From Octopus sinensis (lineage: Eukaryota), in assembly GCF_006345805.1 (NCBI RefSeq), contig NC_042998.1:98022001-98086000 (forward strand): DNA of 64,000 bases. Direction: 5' to 3'. Positions 52,879-64,000 of this stretch are shown one piece after another. The notes under the pieces were generated by a model. The model was not told the origin of the DNA. It saw only the letters and a list, made by a program, of their open reading frames with translations, and did not search any database. A program made the position numbers and the translations under genes. Every line of letters begins with the position of its first letter. Positions within the stretch are counted from its first letter, which is position 1.

Positions 52879-55097
52879 TAGAGAAAAACTAGAACAGTAA
52901 TAGCTCTCAGTTTTTTTTTTTTTTTTTTTTTAAATGTAATATGGAGAACCTACAATAATTTGAACATGAAAAACCATTCATTGTAAGGTCAAGACAAAAG
53001 AAAGGCAGAGAAGCTAATTTTAAAAAATGTTAACCTGAAATGTAACAAACCCGTCTCAATACATCTTTCTGCATCTACCTTTGTATGTATATTTTTATGT
53101 GGCAAATACAATGGAGTAAAATCAAGGTTCCATTCAATTATAATCCAGTTGATTCCTAGCTGGAAGCATTTTACATGAAAAGAATCTAATTGTTGCACCA
53201 TTCTTTCACCTTCCTTTAAAAGGAATCATTAAGAGGGTAACAGCACATCAAGCTTCTAACAATCATTGAGCTCTGTAAACTATAAATTCACATTCAATTT
53301 TCATCTAATTTGAAGAGACAAAACTCATAAGTACCAACAAACATATATACACCAATTACAAAGTTTAATTAATATATGAATCTTTTTAATTTAACCCTAT
53401 TCTCATAGGCTTCAGTTAAATTTGCAAAATAAAGATTTAATAGGACTTTGTAAATTGACTAGTATTTCATATAGACAAAATAATCATTTTTTTAACTTGA
53501 TAATTATCAGATTACTAGAAATAATAAGTTTTAATTTAAGAAGGGTTATACCTTATAAACAGTTCATACTCAGTGTGATTAATATGAAAAGAACTAACAG
53601 TTTAAATCTGATGGTTTTTATCTTCTATTGTTGTCTACCAACTTCTAACTTCCAGTATTTTAAACTGCACTAGCTACACCTGATACTCCATCAAATACAA
53701 TTAGATATTAAACCACTGGCTTATTTATTTTTCCTCATGTTGCAAGCAGAAACTGATTTGATACATCAGAAAATAAGCAATTTCCTCATGCAACGAAAAT
53801 GCCTCTGCATAATTGCACAAACTACTAGATACACCAGCAAAACAGACCTCAAATTTTTCCTATCTTAAAACGGAAGCGCACATTGGACAATGCATTGCCT
53901 AAGAGAAAGAGCAGATGATGGTAGTTTTTGCTTAATGAACAACAAATTTGCTTAAATATTTTATTTAAAAACTTGATGTCAATATTAAACTTTAAGTTGT
54001 ACTCGTAGAAAGTTATAGACAGAACTAACCATATAAAAAAAATTAATATGTCCTTAACTGTCCTAACAGAGTTTTAATGAATAGCAAATCCAATGCATTC
54101 ACAGATATTATTCATAGAAAAATGAGATTGTTCAGCATGAATACTAGCCACTTCGAGAACACATTCTTTCTATAATTGAAGTAAATCTAAATTTGCTCAT
54201 ATTACTTCAAAATCAATGTTATATAGATGGTTTTTGACATGTTACATGATGAAAGAATGAATTCAAATGAACAGAATTTTAAAATAACCAATATGATAAA
54301 AAAAGTATATTTTTCTTCTCCAGTTTAAATCTATGTTATCAAAAACTGAATGAGCTTGTACCACCGCCTTTCTCCAGTTACTTCTAACCTTTTATCAAGT
54401 TGTTTTCTCTATACCTTTTGTAGCCTTTCTACAATTGTTCATATTCGGAACATGCTGATTTGATTCCAATTCTATTAAAAAACACTCCAATCACCACTTT
54501 CTTGCTTCTCAACATGACACATCTTTTCTAAACTCCAACATTCAACAATAAAATAATCCAACTCTCCAAAAGTCTTCAATACTCACTTATAGCTCCTACA
54601 TATATATCCTCCAACTGTATCTTCAAATATTTCAAATCACACATAAATGGACTAATTCACTCTCATTAAAAATTTTTTTAAATTACAAAAATTCATATGG
54701 TACATACACAGCTCATTTTGATTTTGTTAGTGAATTTCATTTTGAAATTTACAAAACCAGCAGCTATTGACAACCTGATAAAAAGATATTTGATCTACTC
54801 TTTCAAAGAAAAAAGTATTTAAGGTTATATCAGATTAAACATTTGTTTAGTTACATCAGCTTGTTTGCAAGTTTCTACATTACAGATACACTAAACTATT
54901 GACTAAAGACATAAGAGTAAATATTCTAAATTTCTATTCAATATTTTCTATCAGATTAAAATTTGCATATATTGTAAATATTAATATTTGACACACACAG
55001 TTCATATTTACATCCATTTTCCCATAGGTTAGACAAATATGTTATTGAGACATTTTCTTACAACAGGATGCTATTCATGTCACTAACTCTTATCTGC

Positions 55098-55238
55098 ATT
55101 ATTTACAATTGATGAATATTTGTCCTCATCTTGTTTATTGTTAACACGTTTCGGCTGATATACCCTCTAGCCTTCATCAGGTGTCTTGGGGAAATTTCGA
55201 ACCTGGGTTCTCATTCATAAGGTATTTTTCAATGTTGT

Positions 55239-55271
<33 letters not shown>

Positions 55272-55374
55272 TATTATTCAGGTCACTGCCTGGAATCGAA
55301 CTCGGAATCTTGGGGTTAGTAGCTCACATTCTTAACCACTACGCCATATACCCGTGAGCATATGGTGTAGTGGC
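55098..55374 (-). mobile_element. tRNA-headed non-autonomous retroelement containing a hammerhead-ribozyme core
   Basis: 7-bp TSD TATCTGC (55091-55097 and 55375-55381); A box TGGCGTAGTGG (55346-55336); B box GAGTTCGATTCC (55303-55292); (AAT)n spacer; CTGATGA-stem-GAAA core at 55180-55149. Confidence 0.85.
55143..55185 (-). ncRNA. Type I minimal hammerhead ribozyme motif, probably inactive in this copy
   Basis: Minus strand reads GACAC-CTGATGA-A-GGCT(AGAGGGTATATC)AGCC-GAAA-C-GTGTT. Stem I GACAC/GTGTT and stem II GGCT/AGCC form and both core strands are intact, but only one nt separates GAAA from stem I, so stem III and the NUH cleavage triplet are missing. Confidence 0.7.
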
Positions 55375-55544
55375 TATCTGCTTTTCAAATAAGAGATCTC
55401 TTATCTGCTTTTCAAATAAGGGATCTCTTACTTCAGACAGCTTCAAAAGCACAAAGTGAACAACTTGTTGACAGAAGAAATGACAAATCACTGATCATAA
55501 GACATGATCAAATGTAAACAAACACAACTATAGACATATAGGAC

Positions 55545-55700
55545 AGGCTTCTTTCAGTTTCCATCTGCTAAATTCACCCCACTCACAAGGCTTTGGTCAG
55601 CCCAAATCTATAGCAGAAGACATCTGCCTGAGGTGTGATGCAGTGAGATTGAATCCAAAACTGTGTTGGGAAGTGAACATTTCAACCACACAGCTATGCT
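55545..55700 (-). mobile_element. tRNA-derived SINE 5' fragment
   Basis: CAGGCTTCTTTCAGTTTCCATCTGC...CACAAGGCTTTGGTCAGCCC...CAACCACACAGC is the reverse complement of the head half of the 26966 SINE. Confidence 0.75.
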
Positions 55701-55963
55701 TGTGTGTATGTATGTACATACACATGCATATATACACACACACACACACGCATGCATATACATTCATATATGCACAAATTTACAAGCATATATACATACA
55801 TAAATATATGTAGACACACACACACACACATATATATATATAATTGCGAAGATGATCTGGTTCTTGACTGATGACTGAGAGCTTCGAAAGTCCCGTCTGT
55901 GTTTTTTTGTCGTCTTCAAAATGTTTCACGTTCTTGTCCCAGTTTGTGTTTTTTTAACGTTTA

Positions 55964-56021
<58 letters not shown>

Positions 56022-56295
56022 TTTATATATGCATGGAGAAACATGTAAAATGAACAAATGAAAAATCTATACAAATATACACATATGCACCTATACATAT
56101 ATATCATGTTTATTATATAAAAAAAAAAGGAAAATAAAAATAAAGTAACCCTACTTGAGTTTCACATGGCAACAGATTGCTAATAGCTGCCCAAAGAAAC
56201 TCCAATAGCCTGTCATTCTTTGATATACTAAATATATCTTTCCACTCAACACAGGTATTTTAGTTCTATATCAGATAATGTTTGTACATTATATA

Positions 56296-56850
56296 TTCAT
56301 CATCATCATCATTGATTAACATCCATTTTCCATGCTGGCATTGGTTGGACAGTTTGACTGAGGTCTGGAAAGCCAGTGGTTGCACCAGGCTCCAATCTAA
56401 TCTGGCAATGTTTCTACAGTTGGGTGCCTTTCCTAATGTCAATCACTTGGAGAGTATAGTGGGTACTTTTTACATGCCACCAGCACAGGAGCCAGTCAGG
56501 CGGACCTGACATTGACCACGTTCAGATGGTGCTTTTTACATGACACCGGCATGGAAGCCAGTCAGGGGGAACCGGCATCAACCACATTCGGATGATGCAT
56601 TTTATGTGCCACCGGAACAAGGGACAGTCATGGGGCACTGGCATCAGCTATAATTTTGGTTGACTCAACAGGTCTTCCAAAGCATATCATATTGCCCGAC
56701 GCATCAAGAGTACTTTTAAATGGTCTGGATATGCAACACTGGTATCAGCCATGGCCGCGATCTCACTTTAGTTGCCTGGTCTTCTCAATCACAACACATC
56801 TCCAAAGGTCTTGGTTTCCTGTCATTGTCTCTGTGAGGCCCAATGTTCTG
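56296..56850 (-). mobile_element. RTE LINE 3' end (3' UTR and last codons)
   Basis: Colinear with 33531-34150, including the 66-bp tandem repeats and (GAT)n tail. Confidence 0.85.
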
Positions 56851-57030
56851 GGGGTTAATATAATTGGTTGTTCTTTTCCTTAGAAATTAACAAGGTTGAC
56901 CTCTCATTAATAGGTACTGTAATTGTCAAAAAGTAAAAGTCTTCGACAATTTATCTGCATTGCTGTGAAAACAAATACTGTATAAAGTACTAACATATGT
57001 ATTTGTGCACACGTGCACATATATTATGTA

Positions 57031-57415
57031 CTAGCAGTATCGCCCGGCGTTGCTCAGGTTTGTAAGGGAAATAACTATAAAGCATTTTTAGAGAGTTATA
57101 GCCAAAAAATAGCAAAAAAAATGGGGGGGGAAATGATGGTAAATTTTTTTGAGAGTTAAAAAAGGTGGAGTTGCGTCCCCTAGACGGTCTGTGGTTTGGA
57201 TTTCTGATTCTCGACCCCATGTCGAATTTATCGATTTTTTTCAGAACTGGGGGAACTTTTCAAAATTTTCGCTGCGTTAGTTTTGAATTATGACATTGGG
57301 CTATGTGTGTGTCAAGTTTCATCAGAATCGGTTGAAAGCCGTGATCAGAGTGAGGGTACGAGAAAACAGACACACAGAAAACGCACAGACAAACTGCTGT
57401 TTATATAGAGAGAGA
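57031..57415 (-). mobile_element. Non-autonomous Helitron (385 bp)
   Basis: On the minus strand: 5' TCTCTCTCTATATAAA preceded by A; 3' CTAG followed by T (A|T target, no TSD); imperfect GC-rich hairpin CCTGAGCAACGCCGGG shortly upstream of CTAG; internal (ACAG)-like repeats and AAGTTTCATCAGAATCGG motif. Confidence 0.85.
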
Positions 57416-57800
57416 TAAACAACAAACTTTTTATTTCACCATTTCACTCCCTTATGCTCTCTCTTTAGCTAAAACATTTAATCTATTTTATTTTCTCTCC
57501 TCTGTCTTTCACTCTTCTTTTGTTTCCATCAATCGGCTTCTTTTTCACACACACACATTCCCTCCCACTCTCTCAACATTGACTTTTTCTACATGTAGGG
57601 AGTGAGGTGTAAGTTGTGGAGAAGGACCAAAAGAGAGAGGTTGTTGGTATGAGAAGAGGCATGGTTTGCTTAAAGAGAGAAGTGATTGTTATAATGGGCA
57701 GTTGGGGAGCGGTCTGGAAATGTGTGATTTAACCACTTTGTTTTTTAAAAAAGGTCATGTACAAACAACAACTTGCTAATTATAACAAGAAATATTATAA

Positions 57801-57845
<45 letters not shown>

Positions 57846-58007
57846 GCAGTGCAGTGCTGAATATTTGTGTTTACATATGGAAGGAATATCCTACACAAAG
57901 TAGAGTGTGTCTATTTTATTACAAACTTCTAGAACCCTAACAGTTTCATGTAGTTCACACAAATCATTTATTCAAGTGGCAATATGTAACAGACTAAAAA
58001 TACAAAA

Positions 58008-58053
<46 letters not shown>

Positions 58054-58089
58054 CATGTTTATGCTTAATGTAATTCTCAGACAACCTGA

Positions 58090-58272
58090 CACTATGTGAC
58101 CCTTTGACTTAGAGGTACAAACCAACTAATGGATTGCTAAACAATTTCCAGTTAACCATTTTCATTCACAGAGTCTAAGGCTACAGAAAATGACATTTGT
58201 CCAAGAACCAATTTGATGGGTTCAAGCCTGGAACCTCATAGCTGCAAAGCAGACTTCTTAACCATTCAGCCA
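58090..58272 (-). mobile_element. Degenerate tRNA-derived SINE
   Basis: Reverse complement begins GGCTGAATGGTTAAGAAG and contains CCAGGCTTGAACCC (B-box-like); boundaries approximate. Confidence 0.55.
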
Positions 58273-59786
58273 GGATGCAATAGTATAACTTTAGTTGTAC
58301 AATAACAATGTTTCAATAAATGAAAAGAAATAAAAATAATCCAATGACTCTCATGGAGAAAGATAGTGTCAAGAACTGCAAGGGAATAAGTAGTAAGGCA
58401 CTGTGTTAAGCTATTGTCTCTTAACATAAATTGAATGCTTCACATGAAAACATTGTGCTGCTCATGATAAATTCCAATGCCTAAGCTGATGCAAGATCTA
58501 TTACTTGGCATCGATATACAATGCTTCTTGTGTTGTGATGATATTAAATGACAGAAGTTATCAATAGTATGCCTTCTTAATCAACAAATAATAAAGAAAC
58601 ACAATGTCTAGTTAAAAATTGCATCATTTAATGTCACAGAGTTTGGCTACAAGTAACAAAAACATCCTCTGTACTATGTTAAGTATTTGTTCAATTTGTG
58701 TCCAGACATAAGTTCATATCAAAAATAACCAAAATAACTTCACTTCTTTTGCCATGTAAACATGATGATTGTCATGTCTTACGAACTTTCCACAAAAATC
58801 GATAGCTGTATGCACAAATATATACAAATGTACATGTAGATATCTATGTATGTGTGCATGTATGTATCTAACAATGTGTGCATGTTTATATTCTGGTTTT
58901 ATTTTACAAATTTCTTACCAATGCAAAAACAATTTCTATCCCAGAAACAAGGCTCTTTCACCAACTGGGTAGTTGTGTACATATGTGAGTATATTTGCAG
59001 AGAAATGAGTGTTCATGTTTCTTTTGTAATGAAACAATATTAACAAGCCTCAAATAATACTAATAATTATTTCCATAAAAAGAAAATGACTCCACAAAGA
59101 AAAGTACAGTTATCTTTCTCAAATTCAAATATTACAAAGAATAGGAGAGAAACTAACAAAAAAAAAACATGTTCATCTTGTTTAGCCTTAATATGTGGGA
59201 GATAAACAAATGAAAGTAGAGAACAAATAGGAAGTGAGAGAAAAAGAATAAGAAACAAAAACAAAAAATAAATGGTGACAATAAACAGTATTATTAGAGG
59301 TGCATCCCACCACTTACTATGATAGTGACTACATTGTCCCAAACAATACTAGACAGCCTGCAACAGACTTTAGTAAATGTAATATGGGGGACAACCAACA
59401 CTACAAAGATAAAACCCTCATACAACTACAAAACAACCTGAACATGAACAATAGACCACTGTTTTCATAGTTTCTTTCTTTTCTCTCTGTATTCCTTATT
59501 TCATTTATCTTCACATGGGTGTTCCATTTCATAGCAATTTCTTAGCCTTTATTGCTAGTTTGAATTTCCTTGAAGGAATGGAGATTACAATGTAAGTTTA
59601 GCCCTACCTACATTCTTTTCAAATGTAACAAACAACATAAATGCGACAGGTGGCAGGAGAATAAAGTCTTTTTTACTGAAGAGGAAAGGCCTTCCTATAT
59701 CAAATAGTTATTCTTTAGTCTCAGTTCATTCCTAATTAAGCAGAGCTATGGTCAAAAGTATTTTAGCCATAAACTTGCAGTGTTTA

Positions 59787-60120
59787 TGTAAATCTAGTAA
59801 ACATTAAGCATGTGGTTTTTGGTTCAGTCCCACTGTGCAGTATCTTGCCAAAGCCTTGTGAGTTGAATCTGGTAAATGGAAACTGAAAAAGCACATTGTG
59901 TGTGTATACCCTTGTCTAAACATGTAATGGTTATATATGAGCATCATGGTCATTTGAGTAAGGTTGTTTGTTTCCAGTTTTCTGTGAGAAACATATCTAG
60001 CTATGCTAAAATGTTAGCTTGCTTGGAACAAATTAGGGTTGGTGTCAGGAAAAGCATCTGCCCATATGAAATCTGTGTGACCCATACAAACATGAATAGT
60101 GGATGTTAATTAGTGAGGAT
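59787..60120 (+). mobile_element. Composite SINE (tRNA-like head plus RTE-like tail), degenerate
   Basis: GGTTCAGTCCCACTG B box, GCCTTGTGAGT...GGAAACTGAAA, then GGTGTCAGGAAAAGCATC...GATGTTAA tail; related copy in opposite orientation at about 63068-63458. Confidence 0.65.
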
Positions 60121-63067
60121 GAAAAAGATTTGAAGAAATTTAGCTGCTATTTTTAGCAGGATAATAACCTAATCATACTCTCCCTGGAACAAGAACACCT
60201 GGTAGGAATTTCTGATCAGCAAATCTCTAAATTGTTGTTTGAATCCATTGACTCATAATACCAATTTCTGATGCAAAGAAAGTGAGCTAATGTATTCACC
60301 AGACAAACATTCCTCTCAGATTTGTTTTCTTATATCAGTATCTTGCTCAATAGTCAGAACAGAGGAAGAATTACTGCATTTCTCTCCTTACTGATCATCA
60401 GCTGGTTAGCTATAGTAGGTTCATAATTCTGCCAATATGTTACAAGGTATTCAAATGTTATGTGTTGGTTATTAGCTATTACAATCTGCAATCTGATTCA
60501 ACTATTATTTACCTACAGCCATCATTACCATCAACTATTTTAAGTTTAAGTTTGTCTCTTTTCATGTTGGTATGAGTTGGATGGGTCCCACAATGTCTCT
60601 CCACTGACAGTAGTTCTTTAGAAACTGGCATTCAACATCAAAGAAAAACCAACAATCTCAGTTATTGTACATGTTAATTTGGCACAGGTTGATTCTTTCT
60701 AGTTACTCCTTTGTTTTTACTATGGCATATACAGTTGGATGAGAACAAATCATTTTACAGAATGGACGGGATGGATTTTATCATACCACCATATGTACAT
60801 GTGTGAGAGAGAGAGTGAGAAAGAGAGATATACTTAGATACACAGATGGGTGAAGTAAAACAATGCTTGGATCTAAAAGCTCATCATTTGTTATGTGTTC
60901 TATTATTAAGACAGCATTAGAATTGAGAGTTTATATGGTGACTCACAAACTTAACATTGTAAATATAAATTAGATGCTTACCATCTGCTCCAATATGTTA
61001 GCAAATTACTTTTTTGATTTAAAATAACTAGACTACACAGACAGAATTATAAGTTTATGCAGTCTGAAAAAGTACTTTACTACAGAGCTGTCAGACGTTT
61101 TTCTTTCGGTACTGACTCATTGTCCAATTTAGTTTTGAAGCCCTGACAATTCATAGAGTGCACCACACAGCCCTTGGAATTTCTTTGAAGAATGATTTGG
61201 TTGTTGTATCACTAGTCTAAGGAATTTACTGCTTGACTTCAAGCCAACACGGAAGTCTTTATGATCGTTATTTTTTATTTTATTTATTTTTTTACTTTTT
61301 TGCCAATTGGAACATCTGGTGTCTATAGATAACAGTAACCAGTTGCTTCACAAATCAATAGAGATCAATAGTAAAACTATTGATGTATAAGAATAATGCC
61401 AAATTCTCACATGTTAACAGAATGACAAAAGCCTTAAAAACTTTCCTCTAATGAAACAACCCATCCCTATGTGTCACAACAAATGTAAACAATACATCTA
61501 TACAATATGTTTAAGGGCAGAAAAAGAGGGACTATGCAGGTTTTAATTCTAGTTGGAATCATCGTCAACAATTGTGCACCCAGTATTTCATAATAGTCAG
61601 TTTAAAATACATTAACATGTATTATCGCATCAATGTTATTATAAACTTCATCTTATTTTGTACTATTTCTGTCTTTTTTTTTTTTTGTACTATAAAATAG
61701 GCTTGGTGTTAAAAGAGAGAAAATGCATTTTTTAAGAGTCAGTAAATTGATCAGATACTTGTGTAGTAGGTGACTTCCTATCTCTATACTCCCACTGAAG
61801 GGAGATCTTTAGTCTTATGGGTTATGACCTCACAAGTGCTGGTGTTGTGAGAAAGACCACCCACTACTCTATGTAAAGTGAATGGTGTTCAGAAAAACCA
61901 TGCTAAAACAAACACTGGAGCAGTCCTCCATCTTGTCAGACCTGTTGAATCATCCAAGTCATGCCTGTTGAATCATTTAAACCATATTTTGATGATAGTA
62001 GTGCTGTTGATGATGATGATCTACAACAGGTAGGTCAATTTTTGAAATATCATTTCAGCTTTTAGTTTACTGAAATCTAACCCACAACAAATTAACTTTA
62101 TACTTTTTACAGCTTCCCTCTCACAGGTATGAAACTGACTACATTGTCATTAGTGAATCTTCTATGTTTATCAATACCAACTCTTGTCCCTTCTATCATC
62201 TCACAATTGCCACACCTGTTAAATCTAATAAACACTTTCCCAGTCCTTTACATTGATTCAACCCATTTCTCAAAGCAATTCCAAATGGGAAGGAAAACAC
62301 ACCAATACCCAAGTGGATAGGAAAACATTGGTAATGTGTATAATGTGTATAGAATAAACATTAGCAATGTTTTTCTACCTGCCACTTCAAGAGGACTTTA
62401 TGAAAAACAGTAGACCTTGCCCTTCCACTTCATGCAAGCAAATAATATATTAAATGACATGTAACATGACTGAATGATAATCTTTTAACTACATAAGCAC
62501 TGATGTGAAATTAACACATTTTGCTAATTACAAACTATAATCAAATAAAGCTAATCGTTATCTGAAGCTCATTGCTAAAATAACATTATCTTATAGTATT
62601 ATGCTTATGCAGTGGTGCATGCTTTATCTTTTTGTTCTTATCTTTGTGGAGATAGATATGCAGCGTTTAGTTAGATGACCCAGATTATGGCACATGCATC
62701 AATCCATTCTTGCATGTCATATGAATAAGTAAAGAAAACAGAGTCAGACTGTATTAACCCTAGAGGAGAATTTGATGACAAAGTGGTTATAGAACATATG
62801 AATATAAATAGATTATCATTGTCATTATTCTACATCCATCTTCCTACACTGGCAGACATTGAACAGGTCTGTTACAGTTTTGGACCACCATTTGCCACAG
62901 TCCTCCATCATCTGATACATAGAACAGCAGAGAAAACTGCCAGATCTTTGCAGATGTTGTGTATGTCATATTTTTCACAAAATTATTTACACATCTATTT
63001 TTGATGATTATCAAAAATAGATGTGTAAATAATTTTCTAACTACCATAATGATCAATTGAAAAAACT

Positions 63068-63458
63068 TCATCAGTTAACATCCACTTTCCCATGCTTCCA
63101 TGTACTAGATGGAATTTGTTGAAGCAGGTTTTCTATAATCAGATGCCCTCTCTGTTACCAACCCTTATCTGTTTCCAAGCACGGTAATATTTCCCCATGG
63201 CCAGACATGTTTTTCATAGAAGACTGGAAACAAACAACAAGGCTTGTATGATGGTGATGCTTATTTATAACCATCACACAATGTCAGTATAAGGACACAC
63301 ACGGGCTTCTTTCAGTTTCCATCAACCAAGTCTACATACAAGGATTTAGTTTACTTGGAGCTATAGTAGTAGACATCCAAGATACTGTGTGGTGTGACTG
63401 AACCTGGGACCAGAAGTTGAGAAGCAAAATTCTTAGCCACATAGCCATCCCAGCACCT
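63068..63458 (-). mobile_element. Composite SINE (tRNA-like head plus RTE-like tail), degenerate
   Basis: GTTAACATCCACTTTCCCATGC tail; GGGCTTCTTTCAGTTTCC; GACTGAACCTGGGACC; head TTCTTAGCCACATAGCCAT (plus-strand reading). Confidence 0.65.
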
Positions 63459-64000
63459 ACAACCACATTTGCACTTATGCATTAAATAATTTCTATTTTT
63501 TTAATAAATTTAGTGAACTCTAACTCACAGAAAATATTTTACATTCATTTTGAAAAAAAAACCCATAGATATCATGGGTACCAATTATTTTAAAAAAGAA
63601 ATTTCTTCATTGTATACATGTTAAAGTTTGTAGAGCTTTTAAAGTGGTTGGTGATAGGAAAGACATCCAGTCATAAAGAACCAAACTAAAAATAAAAACT
63701 GCAAGCAAAATGTAGTCCTCCAAGCCATCTAGGAAAACCGTAACTCTAAATAAGAACTGATTCAGATCTTGACAACTTGTCCAACTGAAACCAGCATAGA
63801 AAATTGACATAACATGATTTTTTACATGTTTCAGAGTCATAAGACTACAGCCATGCTGGGGCATCTACCACAATACTTCTTTCTTTTAAGCTTGGTACTT
63901 ATTCTGTTAGTATCTGTTTTCAAACAGCTAAGTTACAGGGATGTAAACACACCAACACTAATTGTCAAGTGGTGGGGTGGGGGCACAAAGACACACACAC

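Noticed and set aside
55278-55353. tRNA gene
   Set aside because: A and B boxes are present, but the acceptor and anticodon stems do not pair and the sequence lies within a TSD-flanked repeat, so it is treated as a SINE head.
60830-61000. Candidate N-terminal FAM102A exon (LLDPS... and GTAAGC donor near 60980)
   Set aside because: Does not continue as LLDPC..RVSVRK, and the two signals do not form one open exon.
61090-61270. Possible transposase remnant (NDHKDFRVGLK..., minus strand)
   Set aside because: Only vague similarity, with no TIRs or catalytic motif.

Overview
AT-rich, microsatellite-dense animal genomic DNA. The SINE/LINE families resemble those of octopus, so a coleoid cephalopod origin is inferred but not proven. 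One protein-coding gene spans most of the window on the minus strand: a FAM102A/EEIG1 (NT-C2 domain) orthologue. Six coding exons were reconstructed by hand (50249-50059, 32589-32435, 31767-31599, 10150-10096, 8718-8607, 4495-4443). All have GT-AG introns with consistent phases and together give about 244 aa ending in TGA at 4443-4445; the N-terminal exons were not found and probably lie beyond 64000. The introns hold a decayed pogo transposon, a cargo-carrying TIR element with a 357-bp tandem array, CR1 and RTE LINE fragments, a maT/mariner remnant, a piggyBac deletion derivative, a non-autonomous Helitron, MITEs and many tRNA-derived or RTE-tailed SINEs. The most notable observations are (1) a TSD-flanked element combining a tRNA-like Pol III head with a hammerhead ribozyme core (55098-55374), (2) the TIR element with structured, G-quadruplex-bearing tandem cargo (17342-19194), (3) a 156-bp fold-back hairpin (38259-38414), (4) a near-identical 141-bp direct repeat bracketing the NT-C2 exon, and (5) a circRNA-like two-exon cassette. 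No CRISPR, rRNA or intact tRNA genes were seen. Most ORFs in the supplied track are microsatellite or chance ORFs.
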